Origin: Lama glama
Lineage: Eukaryota
Direction of reading: 5' to 3'
Assembly (NCBI GenBank): GCA_028534125.1
Contig: CM052817.1
Span: 54,872,001 to 54,936,000 of the forward strand
Length of the DNA: 64,000 nucleotides
The stretch's first letter is position 1. Each line of letters starts with the position of its first letter. The notes under the pieces are model-generated. The model saw only the letters and a list, made by a program, of their open reading frames with translations. It was not told the origin of the DNA and searched no databases. Positions 13,476-27,265 of the stretch are shown in pieces. The translations under genes were made by a program, and so were the position numbers.

Positions 13476-13972
13476 ATCACTGAAAAGTCTACAAATGATG
13501 GATGCTGGAGAGGGTGTGGAGAAAAGAGAACCCTCCTACACTGTTGATGGGAATGTAGATTGGTGCAGACACTATGGAGGACAGTATGGAGGTTCCTTAA
13601 AAGACTGAAGAGACTTACCACGTGATCCAGCAATCCCACTCCTGGGCATATATCTGGAGAAGAATAAAATTCAAAAAGACACATGCACCCCAATGTTCAC
13701 AGCAGCACTATTTACAATAGCCAAGACATGGAAACAACCCAGATGTCCATCAACAGATGACTGGATAAAGATGTGGTACATGTATACAATGGAACACTAC
13801 TCAGACATAAAAAAGAATAAAATAATGCCATTTGCAGCTATATGCATGGACCTGAAGATTGTCATTCTAAGTGAACTGGCCTGGAAAGAGAAAGAAAAAT
13901 GCCATATGATATCACTTATATGAGTAATCTAAAAATAATAACAATAATAGTAAGGACACAAATGAACTAATT
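13476..13972 (+). mobile_element. Camelid-type L1 fragment (ORF2 C-terminus and start of 3' UTR), truncated at both ends
   Basis: [31 protein letters not shown] is the L1 ORF2 C-terminus; the match stops at 'gacacaaatgaactaa' with no tail. Confidence 0.88.
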
Positions 13973-14462
13973 ATTATTTTGATTTCTTGAATATGGGTAA
14001 GCACATTTGACTGTCCTTTATGATTGGATTACTGCATTCTGTTGATTCTTATTTTGTAGTTGGCTTTATTCCTTTGATAACTATGTAAGTTTAAAAAGCT
14101 AAAGATCTAATCTGTTCTTAGAAACAATAATTAGTACATATATGTAAACTAAAAAGTGCAGTATACAGTATATGTATTTACATGGAATATAATGTGTATG
14201 TGCAGTCAAACTGCACATACAGTTATAATAATTCTTCCTAATAAAAGGAGGGAAAAGAAAAACCAATCATCAAGGATGTCTTAATACATGCCAAAAGTAG
14301 TTCAGTGAGGTTCTGATCAACACCAGTTACATTTTTCAATAAGAAATGTCATATTATGTTCCTGCCTTGTTGGTCCCTAAATAATATTTTTAAACTATCT
14401 TTTAACTATCTCTTAATTAAGGCTACAAAGTAAAAGTCAAATAATTGTGTAGTTTTAAGGCT

Positions 14463-14938
14463 TGTGATGGTTAATTTTATGTGTCAATTTAGCTAGGTGA
14501 GGCTATAGTGCCCTATTGTTTGATCAAACATTAGTCTAGATGTTTCTGTGAATGTTTTTTGTAAGTGTGATTAAAACTTACGAGTACTTTTTTTTAAGTA
14601 GAGAGGATTACCCTCTCTACTTAATGGTGAGTGGGCATTATTCAATCAGTTAAAGGCCTTAAGAGAAAAAAAAAATGAAGCTTCCTGAAGACGAAGGAAT
14701 TCTTTCTCAAGACTGTAACTGGCTGAGGTTCTAGCCTCCCAGTCTGCTATGTGGATTTTGATTCAAGACAAACACCAACTCTTATTGGAATTTCTAACTT
14801 GCCAAACTGACCTACAGATTTTGAATTTACCAGTTTCCACAATCAAGAAGCATTCCCCTAAGATAAATCTATATATTTTATCTACCTATATATCTATATC
14901 CTATTGCTTTTGTTTCTGTAGAGAATCCTGACTAATAA
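14463..14938 (+). mobile_element. MLT2 (ERV-L) solo LTR
   Basis: Starts 'tgtgatggttaattttatgtgtcaa', ends 'tttctgtagagaatcctgactaata'. Confidence 0.88.
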
Positions 14939-15185
14939 AGTGCTCAATGCTTTCCTAGGAACTCTAGGCTATACTAACATCTATAAGCAAACTTTCCTCC
15001 TTACTATCTACTGGAAGGACTGCTTTTATACATCACTTAAGCAGTTCTGCAAAGGCCCAAGCCCAAAGACAAAATATAGTGGTGGATTTCTCTGCTTCTT
15101 TCTTCTTAAAAAAAATCTTAAAATGAACATGAATGTAATGACTATATAAAAATACCAAGTTCTATTATTAATAATGCTAAGGATG

Positions 15186-17103
15186 AGGATACAAGATTAA
15201 CATACAGAAATCAGTTGCATTTCTTTACACTAACAATGAAATAGCAGGAAAAGAAAGTAAAGAAACAATCCCTTTTAAATTGCATCCAAAATAATAAAAT
15301 ACTTAGGAATAAATCTGACCAAGGAGGTAAGAGACTTATACATGGAGAACTACAAAACATTGATTAAGGAAATTAAAGAAGACTTAAAGAAATGGAAAGA
15401 TATCCCATGCTCTTGGACTCGAAGAATCAATATTGTTAAAATGGCCTTACTGCCTAAGGCAATCTACAGATTTAATGTGATCCCTCTCAAATTACCCTGA
15501 ACATTTTTCATAGACTAGAATAAATAATCCTAAAATTTATATGGAATCACAAAAGACTCAGAATTGCCAAAGCAATATTGAAAAGAATAAAGCTGGAGGA
15601 ATAACCCTCCCAGATTTCAGACAATACTACAGAGCTACAGTAATCAAGACAGCATGGTATTGTCATAAAAACAGACATATGGCTCAATGGAACAGAATAG
15701 AGAGCCCAGAAATAAATCCACAGGCCTACAGTTAATCTTCAACAAAGGAGGCATCGATATACAATGGAGAAAAGACAGTCTCTTCAGCAAGTGGTGTTGA
15801 GAAAACTGGACAGCAGCATGTACATCAATGAAGTTAGAACATTCCCTCACACAAAAATAAACTCAAAATGGGTTAAAGACTTAAATATAAGACAAGACAT
15901 GATAAACTTCCTAGAATAAAACATGGGCAAAGATTCTCTGACATAAAACTTAGCAATGTCCTAGGGTATTCTACCCAGGCAGTAGAAATAAAAGTAAAAA
16001 TAAACAAATGGGACCTAATTAAACTTAACAAGCTTTTGCATAGCAAAGGAAACCCTAAGCAAAACAAAACAACAACCTCTGGAATGGGAGAATATATTTG
16101 CAAATGATGCAACTGACAAAGGTTTAATTTCCTGAATATATAAACAGATCATGCAGCTTAATAACAAAAAAACCCGAACAACACAATCCAAAATGGGCAG
16201 AAGACCTAAACAAGCAATTCTTCAGTGAAGACATATGAATGGCCAATAGGCACATGAAAAAATGCTCAATATTGCTAATTATCAGAGAAATGCAAATCAA
16301 AACTACAATGACGTATCACCTCACACCAGTCAGAATGACCATCATTCAAAAGTCCACAAAGAATCAATGTTGGAGAGGGTGTAGAAAAAAGGGAAACCTC
16401 CTACACTGCTGATGGTAATGTAGTCTGGTGCAGCCATAATGGAAAACAGTATGGAGATCCTCAAAAAACTAAAAATAGACTTAGCATATGATCCAGCAAT
16501 CCCACTCCTGGGCATATAACCTGAGGGAACTCAAATTTGAAAATATACATGTGCCCCAGTGTTCATAGCAGCGCTATTTCCAACAGCCAAGACATGGCAG
16601 ATGACTGGATAAAGAAGCTGTGGGGTATTTATACAATGGAATACTACTCAGCCATAAGAAATAGTAAAATAATGCCATTTGCAGCAACATGGATGGACCT
16701 AGAGATCGTCATTCTAAGTAAGCCAGAGAGAGAAAAATACCATATGGTATCACTCATATATGGAATCTAAAAAAAAGAAAAAAGGACACAAGCGAATTCA
16801 TCTACAAAACAGAAACAGACTTGTAGACATAGTAAACAATGTTATGGTTACTAGGGGGAAGAGGGTAGAAGGGCTAAATTTGGGAGTTTGAGATTTGCAA
16901 ATTTTAGCCACTATATATAAAAACAGATTTAAAAAGCAAATTTCTTCTGTATAACATATGGAACTATATTCAATACCTTATAATAATCTTTAATGAAAAA
17001 GAATATTAAATTGAGTATATGTATGTATATGAATGACTGGGACATCATGCTGTACACCAGAAATTGACACACTATATATAACTGACTATACTTCAAAAAA
17101 AAC
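15186..17103 (+). mobile_element. 5'-truncated camelid-type LINE-1 with 16-bp TSD
   Basis: ORF2 ([26 protein letters not shown]), 3' UTR, A-tail; TSD aataatgctaaggatg (15170-15185) / aataatgctaagaatg (17104-17119); TT/AA site. Confidence 0.95.
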
Positions 17104-19407
17104 AATAATGCTAAGAATGGAACATGTGAGGATGTACTGTTGGGGTTTCATGAATTTGTTCTCTTTTTTTTCTATAAAATTAACTTTATTGACATAGTTA
17201 TGACATAAAAACTTATTGACATAAAATATAATTAGATAAAGGATAATATAATTTAGTAAGTCTATTATCACACATATGAAATCATTAGAAGCTTATCAAA
17301 TAATGGCAGTTTCTATTATCCATTCTAATTAACATTCTCAGAGAGTGGAGCTGTTAAAATATACTACTCTCCTCAACTTTGCCCTATTAATCTATCAATA
17401 AAAGTAGAATTTCAGAATATTCTGAATAGTGACTAAGAAGAATCAAATGATTCATGCCATAATTTTGTCTATCAGTAACGGGATAATATGCTAGAATGGT
17501 ATTATATGTTATTAAAATTTTCAAACACTACTTAAAAAAATCCTCACTGAAAACTTTACAAACTCCCAAAATTTGATTCTCAATTCAAGGCAGGAAAGAG
17601 GGCATGAAAATATTTTTAAAACAGATGGTAATTAATATGTGGGAGTGTGAGAGAAGTTGTCCCCAGTTACTGTTTCTAATATATTTGTATGGTACTTTAA
17701 AGTTTACAAAACACTTTTACACATTCTTTCTTGTTTTCATATGTACCTATGATGTACTATAAGCTCAGACAAACAGAATCTTTTCCATAATTGCTCCAAT
17801 ATAGACAAAAATTCATGAATGGAAGTGGATTTTACCCAGACAGTCTACCCAAGAAGATGTGTCCACACTTTACTCTTCAAAAGAAAATGGTATGGCATTA
17901 CATAAAAGCAATCTTGTTTCATTTTTCAAAAATATAGCACAGAATAAACTTACGGGGAAACATCAAGCACAGAAACAGAGCTAAGAAGGTTGTACATTTT
18001 CCTTATTCCTTTCCTTATGTGAGTTTCTCCTTGGGTAAAATCATCTTTATTCACTTCAGCACAAAGCAAAAAGATTATTACATTTGAACGCAAGAGGGAA
18101 ATATTAGAGTCATGTGGTACTCACACTTAATCAGTCCTTTATTTCTTGGAAATGGTTCCTAACTCAGCACTCTCATAGAACATTTCTCATGCATTTTAAG
18201 CTATTTCCTATACTGGAAGCCATTGTTTTCAAACTCGACATCTTGAATTGTAGTTGTTTTGTCAAGCCAGGCTCATATGAGATTTGATATCAAGATCACC
18301 ATTCACCTAATTCATAAAGCTTTAATAGATTATAACTTAATTTCCCAAGGTTGAAATGTTAGTTACAAGGTCAGAGCTTTGTCTTGTCAATGTTGTCTGA
18401 TAAACGTTTTGTTGATTGCGCAAATGTCTTCATGCCTTTTTTGTGTTCCTATTCACAGTTCACATTTTGATCTTTGCTATAGTCAATTTTCACAAGTCTT
18501 TTCACTTTTCAAAAGTCAGGTTACAATGAGATTGACTAATTTATTCAGCTTTAATGAAGGAAAGTTCACTAAAGCTATTTTGCATCAACTTGGATCAAAT
18601 CTTTTCAAATTGATATTATTTAGTAAATAATTAAAGAGCCAAATATATGCTTCCAGGGAGTCTATATATTCTAGATAACTCAGGAAAGAATTCCTATTTT
18701 GTACCACTAGAAGACCTGCAGTATGCCATTAAATCACCTGAGAATGGCAAAGACTATTGCCTTCTATTACTCAATTTCAAAATGTTTATTATTTATAGCA
18801 TCTGGGGAATTCATAGAGCTATTATAGTATTTCCTCTCTTCCCTCACTGAAGTCTACAGTGCAGTGCTTGATAACATTTTTCACAAACATCTTTAGAGAT
18901 TAGTATATATGAATACCAGAAAATGTGTGCAAATTTTGTATGCATGTGCATAGTTGCATTTTCCTAGAAAGTATTATTAAATTTTAACAGGAATGTAAGA
19001 TATCTCTACTCTCACTATCACCAGTTAAAAATCATTTTTCTTGAGAACACAATAAAGTTGTATTATTAGCATATTAAAATAATATAGTTCATTTAACTAG
19101 TTAATATGGCTGGTATAGAAAAATGTATTTGTGAATTATTAGAAATATGATGTTAGAAATGTGAGGGTGCAGATAAGGGTTATACAGTAATTTCGTTCTC
19201 TTAAACTTATATCTGTTTAGAGAGGTCAGACGTTTGAACACCTACATGATTTTTTTTAAATGCTTTTAATTAGGTAAAAAAGATATGGTCTAAAAATATT
19301 TATACATTATATAAATTTTTATGATCAAATTCTATACTAAAAATGAAGAAATGCTATTCTAGGAGATATTTAATATATGAATGCTTATATTTGATAAATC
19401 ATTGCAA

Positions 19408-22400
19408 GGGAGTTAGGTTCAAGATGGTGATGGAGGAGGATCCTGAACTCACATCCTCCCATGGGTGCTGAAACTTCAGCTACATACAGAACAATTTCCT
19501 CTGAAAGAAAACCCCAAACCAGCTAAGCAACTCCTCATGTCAGGTGAATGAGAAGAAACCCACATCCAAGAAGACAGGAGAGACTGAGGCACAACCTTGC
19601 CATGAAATCCACCCCCTGGCATGATGAATCATATCTGGAGGGAACTCAGAAACCTGGCTTCTCCCTGAGAACAGAAGTTTTAAACCCCGCATCTGGCATC
19701 CTATGTTTTACAACCTGCACCTGAGAGATGAGTCTCTCACATAATCTAGCTTCAAAAGCCAATGGAGTGTCTGTCCATGAGACTCACAAGTCTATAGCAA
19801 ACTGAGAAATAGTTCTTAAATGACTCACACACAAAGATTCATCCACCCTAGGGACCAGCACAGAGGCAGCCCATTGGGAGGTTCCCAGACTTTTGTTGAA
19901 AAATTCCTATTTATCTAAAAGCATCTGCCTGAGGGGTTGGCACCTAATTTAACACAAATAAGGAGAATACTGAAATACTATCCCAAGGATGAAGGCTAGC
20001 TGGTACCTTCTTTTCCCTCTCCCTCTTCTCTCCCAGAAAGAAGCTTGTACTTTTTGTCTGGAAACCCCAGTTTTTGTGGCTGTCACTCAGGGGACATCTC
20101 TAGATCACCTTATTCTGGTGGCTAGCAGGATTTATGTTCATGGGTTCCACAGGACAAAACAAATGGAGAAAGAGTTCCTAACAAGCTGCCACCCTCAGGG
20201 CCCAGCAGAGTGGCAACAGAACAAGGGTCTCCTTAGGATTCCCTTAGGGACACTGATAGATTTTAACACATCTTCAACGACTGGAGCCATTAAGAAGTAA
20301 AGGCTGTTAGAAAATAACCAAGGTTTGAGAGACAACTAAGAGCCAGAATAGGGTTGAACAATAAGGTTTACCCCGTACATGAGGCTACTCCTTCAAGACT
20401 GGGAGAGGAGGCTGTTTTATCTAATGCACAGATACCAACACAGAGAGCTGAGAAGAATGAACAAACAGGGGAATATGTCCCAAACAAAAGAATAAGATAA
20501 AAAAAAAACCTCAAGAAAAAACCTTAAGGAGATAAATAGCTTACTTGATAAAAAGTTCAAAATAATGGTCATAAAAATGCTTACTTAACTCAGGAGAAGA
20601 ATGGATGAATTAAGTGAGAATTTCAACAAAGAGAGAAAATGTGAGAAACTACCAAAGGTAAGTCACAGAGCTGAAGAATACAATAAATGAAATGAAAAAA
20701 AAACCCCAACAATTTAGAAGTTCAAGAACAGACTAGACGAAGCAGAAGAAAATACCAGTGAACTAGAGACAGGGCAGTGGAACTCACAATCACAGCAGAA
20801 TCAAGAAAAAAAATTTAAATTAATATAGTTTAAAGGATTTATAGAAGAACTTCAAGCAGACCAACATTTGCCTTATGAGTCCAAGAAGAAAGAAAGAAAG
20901 AGGCTGGAAACTTAACTAATGAAATAATGTCTGAAAACTTCTCTAACCTAGGAAAGAAATGGACATCTAAATTCGGGAAGACCAGAGTTCCAAACATGAT
21001 GAGCTCAGAGAGACCTACACCAAGACCACTATAATTAAAATGTCAAATGTTAAGGACAAGGAGAGAGTCTTGAAAGCAGCAAGAGAGAAAAGAAAAAATA
21101 ATCTTGCTATACACAAGGGAGCTTCCATAGGATGTTGAGTAGATTTTTCAGAAGTAACACTGTAGTCCAAAAGAGAGTGGAACAATGTACTCAAAGTGCT
21201 GGAAGAAAAAAACTGCCAACCAAAAATGTTCCATATACCAATATAGCAAATAACCAGGCAAGGTTATTTGTCAGAATTGAAAGGGAGAGAAAAAGTTTTC
21301 TAGACAAGCAAAAACTAAACAAGTTCATTACTACAGACAGGTCTTCTAAGAACTGTTAAAGGAATTTTTTTAAGCTGAAAAGGGTGCTAATTAGTACCAT
21401 CAAAATATATAAAAATATAACTCACTGGAAGAGGTACATATGTAGTAAATATTAGAATAATGTTGTAAAGGTGATGGGTTAATCACTTGTAAAGCTACTG
21501 TGAAGGTTAAAAAAGTAGTAAAAATAACTACCTACAGTAACTTGCCAATGGATACACAAGATAAAAAGATTTAAACTGTGACATTAAAAACATAAAACCT
21601 GAGGGCCTGGAGGAATAAAAACGTAGAGCTTTAAAATATGTTCAAACTTAAGTTGTTATTGACTTAAGATAGACTAATCAGTCGTTTTATGTAAGCCTCA
21701 TGGTAATCACAAAGCAAAAACCTGTATTAGATACATAAAAGGGAAAAAGGAAGGAACATAGACCTATCACTACAGAAAATCATCAAATCACAAAGAGAAC
21801 AAGAGAGGAAAGAGGTAACAGAGGAATTATAAAACAACTGGAAAACAGTGAACAAAATGGCGATAAAGCCACACCCATTAATAATTAAATGTAAATGGAC
21901 TAAATGCTTCAATCAAAAGACAAAGAATGGCTCGTGGATAAAATTACAAGAACCATCAAGAGACTCACTTCAAACCTAAAGACACACAGACTATAAATTA
22001 AGGGATGGAAAATAATATTCCATACAAATGGAAAATAAAAAGAAAGCTGAAGTAGCAGTACTTACACCAAAATAAACTTTAAGAAAAAGACTATAGTAAG
22101 AGGTAAAGAAGGTCATTACATAATGATAAAAGATTCAATCCAATTAGAGTATATGACATTTGTAATTACTTCTGCACTCAACATAGGAACACCTAAATAT
22201 ATAGGGCAAATATTAACAGACCTAAAGGAGGGAGAAATAGAAAGCAATACAATACTAGAAGGAGAATTTAACAACTCACTTTAGGCAATGGATCGATCAT
22301 CCAGGCAGAAAATCATTAAGGAAACATTGGCATTAAATTATCTGTTAGGCCAGATAGACTTAACAGACTTACACAGACCATTCCATTGAAAAGCAACAGA

Positions 22401-24152
22401 ATACACATTATTCTTCAGTGCACATGGAACATTCTCCAGGATAGATCACATGCTAGGCCCCAAAATAAGTCTTAACTAAATTTAAGAAGACTGAAATTAT
22501 ATCAAATATCTTTTCTGACCACAATGATATGAAACTAGAAATCTATTACAAGAAGAAAATGGGAAAATTAACAAATATGTGGAGATTAGACATGTTGAAT
22601 CTCCTGTAATCTCCTGAACAACCAACAGTTTTAAAAAAAAATTAAAAAAACTCTAAAAATGGAAATATATTGTACCAAAACATGAGATACAGCAAAAGCA
22701 GTTCTAAGAGGTAAGTTCATAGCAATAAATCCCTGCATCAAGAAACAAGAAAGATTACAAATAACCTAATTTCATACCTCAAAGAAATAGAATAAGACGA
22801 CAAAATGAAGTCCAAAGTTAGAAGGAAGATTAGAGTAGAAATAAAGTTAAAATAGAGACCAAAAAGATAACAGAAATTATCAATGAAACCAAAAACTGAT
22901 TTTTTGAAAAGATAAATCAAATAGGCAAACCTGTAGCTAGGCTCACCAAAAAAAAGAGGGAGAGGACTCAAAATCAGAAATGATGGAGGAGACATTACAA
23001 CTGATACCAAAAAAAAATAGAAAGGATCTTAGGAAAATGGTATAAATATACACCAACAAACTGGACAACTTGAAGAAATGGATAAATTCCTTGAAACATA
23101 AAACCTACCAATATTAAATCATAAAAAAGTGAAAAATTTCAACAGACTGATTAGTAGTAAGAAGACTGTATCAGTAATCAGAAACCTCCCAACATACAAA
23201 AGTCTGGGACCAGATGACTTCACTGGTGAAGTTTACCAAAAATCCTCAAAAAATATTAGCAAATCAAATTCAACAATAAAGACTAATTATCACGATCAGA
23301 TGATATTTATTCTAGGGATGAAAAGATGGCTCAACATCCACAAATCAATGTGATACAACATATTAACAAAATGAAGGCTAAAATCATATGAATATCTTAA
23401 TAGATGCAGAAAAATTCTGACAGAATTCAATATCCATTTATGATAAACACTCTTAAGAAAATGGTTTTAGAGGGAACATACCTCAACATATTAAAGGCCA
23501 TATACAAATCTACAGCTAACATCATACTCAGTGGTGAAGATGTGATAGCTTTTCCTCTAAGATAATGAACAACAAAAGGATATTCACTCTTGCCACTTTT
23601 ATTCAACATATATTTTAAGTCCTAGCCAGAGCAATTAGGCAAGAGAAAGAAATAAAGTTACCTAAATTGGAAAAGGAGAGGTAAAACTGTTCACTATTTA
23701 CTGATGCCATGATACACATAGAAATCCCTAAATCTTTAAAATTAATAAACAAATTCAGTGAAGTTGCAGGATCAAAGTCATTTTCCATAAATCACTTTTG
23801 TTTCCATACACTAATAATAAACTATCAGAAAGAACAATTAATAAAACATTTCCATTGACAATTGCATACAAAAAATACCTAGGAATAAATTTAATCAAGG
23901 AGGTAAAATAAAAAAAAACCCTGTACCCTAAACCATAAGACACTGATGAAAAATTGAAGAAGACACAAATAAATGGAAACATATTCAGTGTTCATGGATT
24001 GGAAATTGATAGTTAAAATGCCCATATTGCTCTTAGCAATATAGAGTCAATGCAATGCTTACCAAAATTCCAATGGGATTTTTCACAAAAAGAACAAACA
24101 ATCCTAAAATTTGTATGGAACCACAAAAGAATCTCAATAGCTAGAATAATAC
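19408..24152 (+). mobile_element. LINE-1 with 5' UTR, ORF1 (~20456-21380) and ORF2 (~21858 onward), 3'-truncated, degenerate
   Basis: 5' start 'gggagttaggttcaagatggtg...gatcctgaactcac'; ORF1 'agacctacaccaagaccactataattaaaatg'; endonuclease region 'aaatgtaaatggactaaatgct', 'atagatcacatgctaggcc'; RT 'KSLGPDDFTGE'. Confidence 0.92.
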
Positions 24153-25422
24153 TAGCATAATTTTCTAGATAAAGGTGTTTTATCTCAAAGTATGAAAAAA
24201 AAAGTTGCTCAGAGGGAGTATCCCTTTGAACAGATTGGTGGACAAAATTTTCAAAGTTGAAATCAATATTTTTTATTTAGGAAATAGTATATTTGAAAAT
24301 TTATAATTTAGATGCATAATATTTTGACAAATTAAGTGATCCATTTATTAGAATATTCTATTCAAAAAGCCATATCTTTGTGATATCATTCATATCACAA
24401 TCAATTCTGTGATATGAATGTTGTTTAATATTTGGTAAATGCATATATACTACTTACTGCTAAAATATGTGAATGATTTCTAGGTTTTCTTTTTTTGCTT
24501 GTTTAAAGATAAAATAATGCACTTTTGTGATGTAATACATTTCTGACAGAGCACTTATATTTTAGTGATAGTCTAAACAATTTTTTTTTACTTTGAAATA
24601 GATACTTTTTATAATGAAGCACTATTTCAGAAAAGTACAAGTATTCCAGGAAAGATGCTGTATAATATTTAGTTTTAATGTATGCATCCTGCAGTGTTAT
24701 AATAGTTTAAACATTACAGTTGTTGGCATACACATTTTTATAATGAATAAAGAATTTTATTCCATCATACTGAAAACAAGAACATCGTCTTTCCATGGAT
24801 TTGTCAACAGTACCCAAGTATAGTACTCATATGGATAGAGTAATAAACTACAAGAAAACTAATGAATACTCTCAGAAAATTAACCCAGAGTAATTTTCCT
24901 CCACAACATTTCCATTGTAGACAAGCACTTAAACAATAACATCATTACAATCTTGTACTCAATGCAAATGGAATAACCTTTCACTTTTAAGAATTAGGTG
25001 GTTTATCATTTTCAGGTCTTCAGAAGGCACAAGAGACAGGCCATTATTTTTCTCTTACAGTAAAGAACTTTGTTTTAGCAGTGCATTCTAACAGGAATTC
25101 CCCTCTGAAACGAGATAGCTAACCATTTCTATTCATTTTAGTATCAACCTGACCAATAATTCCTCCTCTGCAAAATTCTAGTGCACTAAATGTACCTTTG
25201 TATACCTATTTAAAAACATAAAACTTTAAATTAAGACTGTGATGTGAATAAGTTTTCTTTTTGGGTATAATACAGTTGTTTGGGGAGGGGGATAGGAAAT
25301 TAGAAGTAAAAGGGACAATCATGTTAATGATAGAGAAGCAGCAGATGTATTTCCCAGTGGATGGAAAAGGAGACATTTGGAAATAAGAGATTTGTTTTGA
25401 AGCTGTTTGCATTTTTAACATA

Positions 25423-25449
25423 TATGTGTGTGTGTGTGTGTGTGTGTGT
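25423..25449. repeat. (TG)n microsatellite
   Basis: Read directly. Confidence 0.95.
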
Positions 25450-26499
25450 AAAATTTGTTTTGTGACTTGGGGGAGAATGACGGTGATTTGGGAGAGTGGC
25501 TAAGTCAGCATCTACCTGTTAGAATCTTGCAGTGCCACCTTGGGAGTGACAAAGAATCTGAACCTCAATACTGCAAGCTATGTAGAAAGGTGTTTAGGAG
25601 TTTAACAGGTGGTGCTGCTTCAAGGCAGACTTCTGCCATGCTGTGGGATCTCTGGAATGACTGCATCATGATCAGAGCTAAGGCCATATAGATCTTATTG
25701 AGAAGGAATTTGAGTATTTCTCCTACTGCATATAGGTTAACTAAATGTTTCCCCAAATACTTGTATTTTTATTTTGCATCTTTTTGAGGTCCTATGAAAT
25801 CAGTCAATAACTTCTAGTCATACAGTTTCAAAAGGCATGTTCAAAATGGCAATCTAGGCACCTATACTTAGCTTCAGTTTTTCCTCTAATTCTACTAAAA
25901 TAAAAAAGTTAAACATTTATTAAAATGATTCAATTTCTGCAGAGAAGGGAAAGTTGGTAGGCTATTCAATAGTGAATGAAACATTTCAACAAATTTCTCT
26001 AGGAAGAAAAATATATGGAATGCTTGAGATTGATACAGAAAAGAAATGGCTATAAGCAGGTGGTGGAAGAGGAGCAAAATGCATGGCATTGGAACCCCTA
26101 AGGTGCTCTTAGGTCTGTGGAGTTTAGAATAGGGAAGTAGGCAGAAAAGAGAATTATTTGTCAAAATATTAAAGCAAACTGAAAACAGGTAAAGCTTTTA
26201 ATGTATATTTTTGTGTCTAAGACTAGAGAAAACATAAAAATTGACTAGGAGGGGAAACCATCCAAGGAGAAAAATAGTTTAGGGGACTCGGATATTGAAA
26301 AGAACACAAAACAGCAAAGCCAATTTGGTGTGAGTTTGAAGGGATGAGAATTTCTGCCTGATAGGGAGCCTATTCTAAAGTAAGACCTGCAAGTTAGCAT
26401 GCCTTGTCTGCCTCACAACACATATGCAGAACTCCAGTCAGGTGGATATTTTTTAAAAAGTGATTCTTATACATCCAACAGTGGGCCAGTCCTTTATAA

Positions 26500-27265
26500 T
26501 GAAAAATTAAGGGTCCAAAGGCATACAAAAACAATGAATAATATAAAAGACAATGGCAGTAAACAAACAGAAAAACAAAAGTAACTCCAGAAGAAGCTGT
26601 TCAAGAAATTGAAATGTATATAAATATACAGTTATTTTTAAGAGTTAAATTAATAAATTCAGAGAAAGTCAAGGATAATTATTTTTATAAATATGGGAAC
26701 AGACTGATATTTAAGAAAGATAAATTTAAGAAGGAGTTAACACCTTTTTTCCAAGTTTAAAAGAAGATTGCCAAGATGAAAAACCAAAACAGAAAGAAAA
26801 ATATGGCTTAGAAATATCCCCAAACATAGACTAAAAAAACCAAAACACAGCAGTAGGTGATGGGAGAAGATAAAGGACATGATGGGTTAATCCAAGAGGG
26901 CCATAATCAGAAAAACCCAGTTTTCTTTGCAAGTAGCAAGAAGGTAACTATAGAAGAGGATTTTCTCAAAGTTGAATGCATATATTCAATTTTAAAAAAC
27001 CTACTTGGTGCCCAACAAAATAACATAATACATTTCTACATTTAATGATATCACTATGAAATTTCACAACAGAAAATTAAGAAGAGATTCTGAAAGCTTC
27101 CAGAGAGAAACCAAACCAAAAAAACCTAAATTAAATAAAGCTAAACAAATTTCTGGAAGAAAACAAACAAACTGGCATTGGAACAGGTGTATCTTCTCAT
27201 TGCGGACACTAGATGTTTAAAGACAAAGGAAGCACAAATTATTAGCTGAATACTTTGATCTCAGC
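26500..27265 (+). mobile_element. Ancient HAL1/L1 ORF1-like remnant
   Basis: 'ttctgaaagcttccagagagaaa...ttctcattgcggacactagatg...agacaaagga' resembles HAL1/L1M ORF1. Confidence 0.55.
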
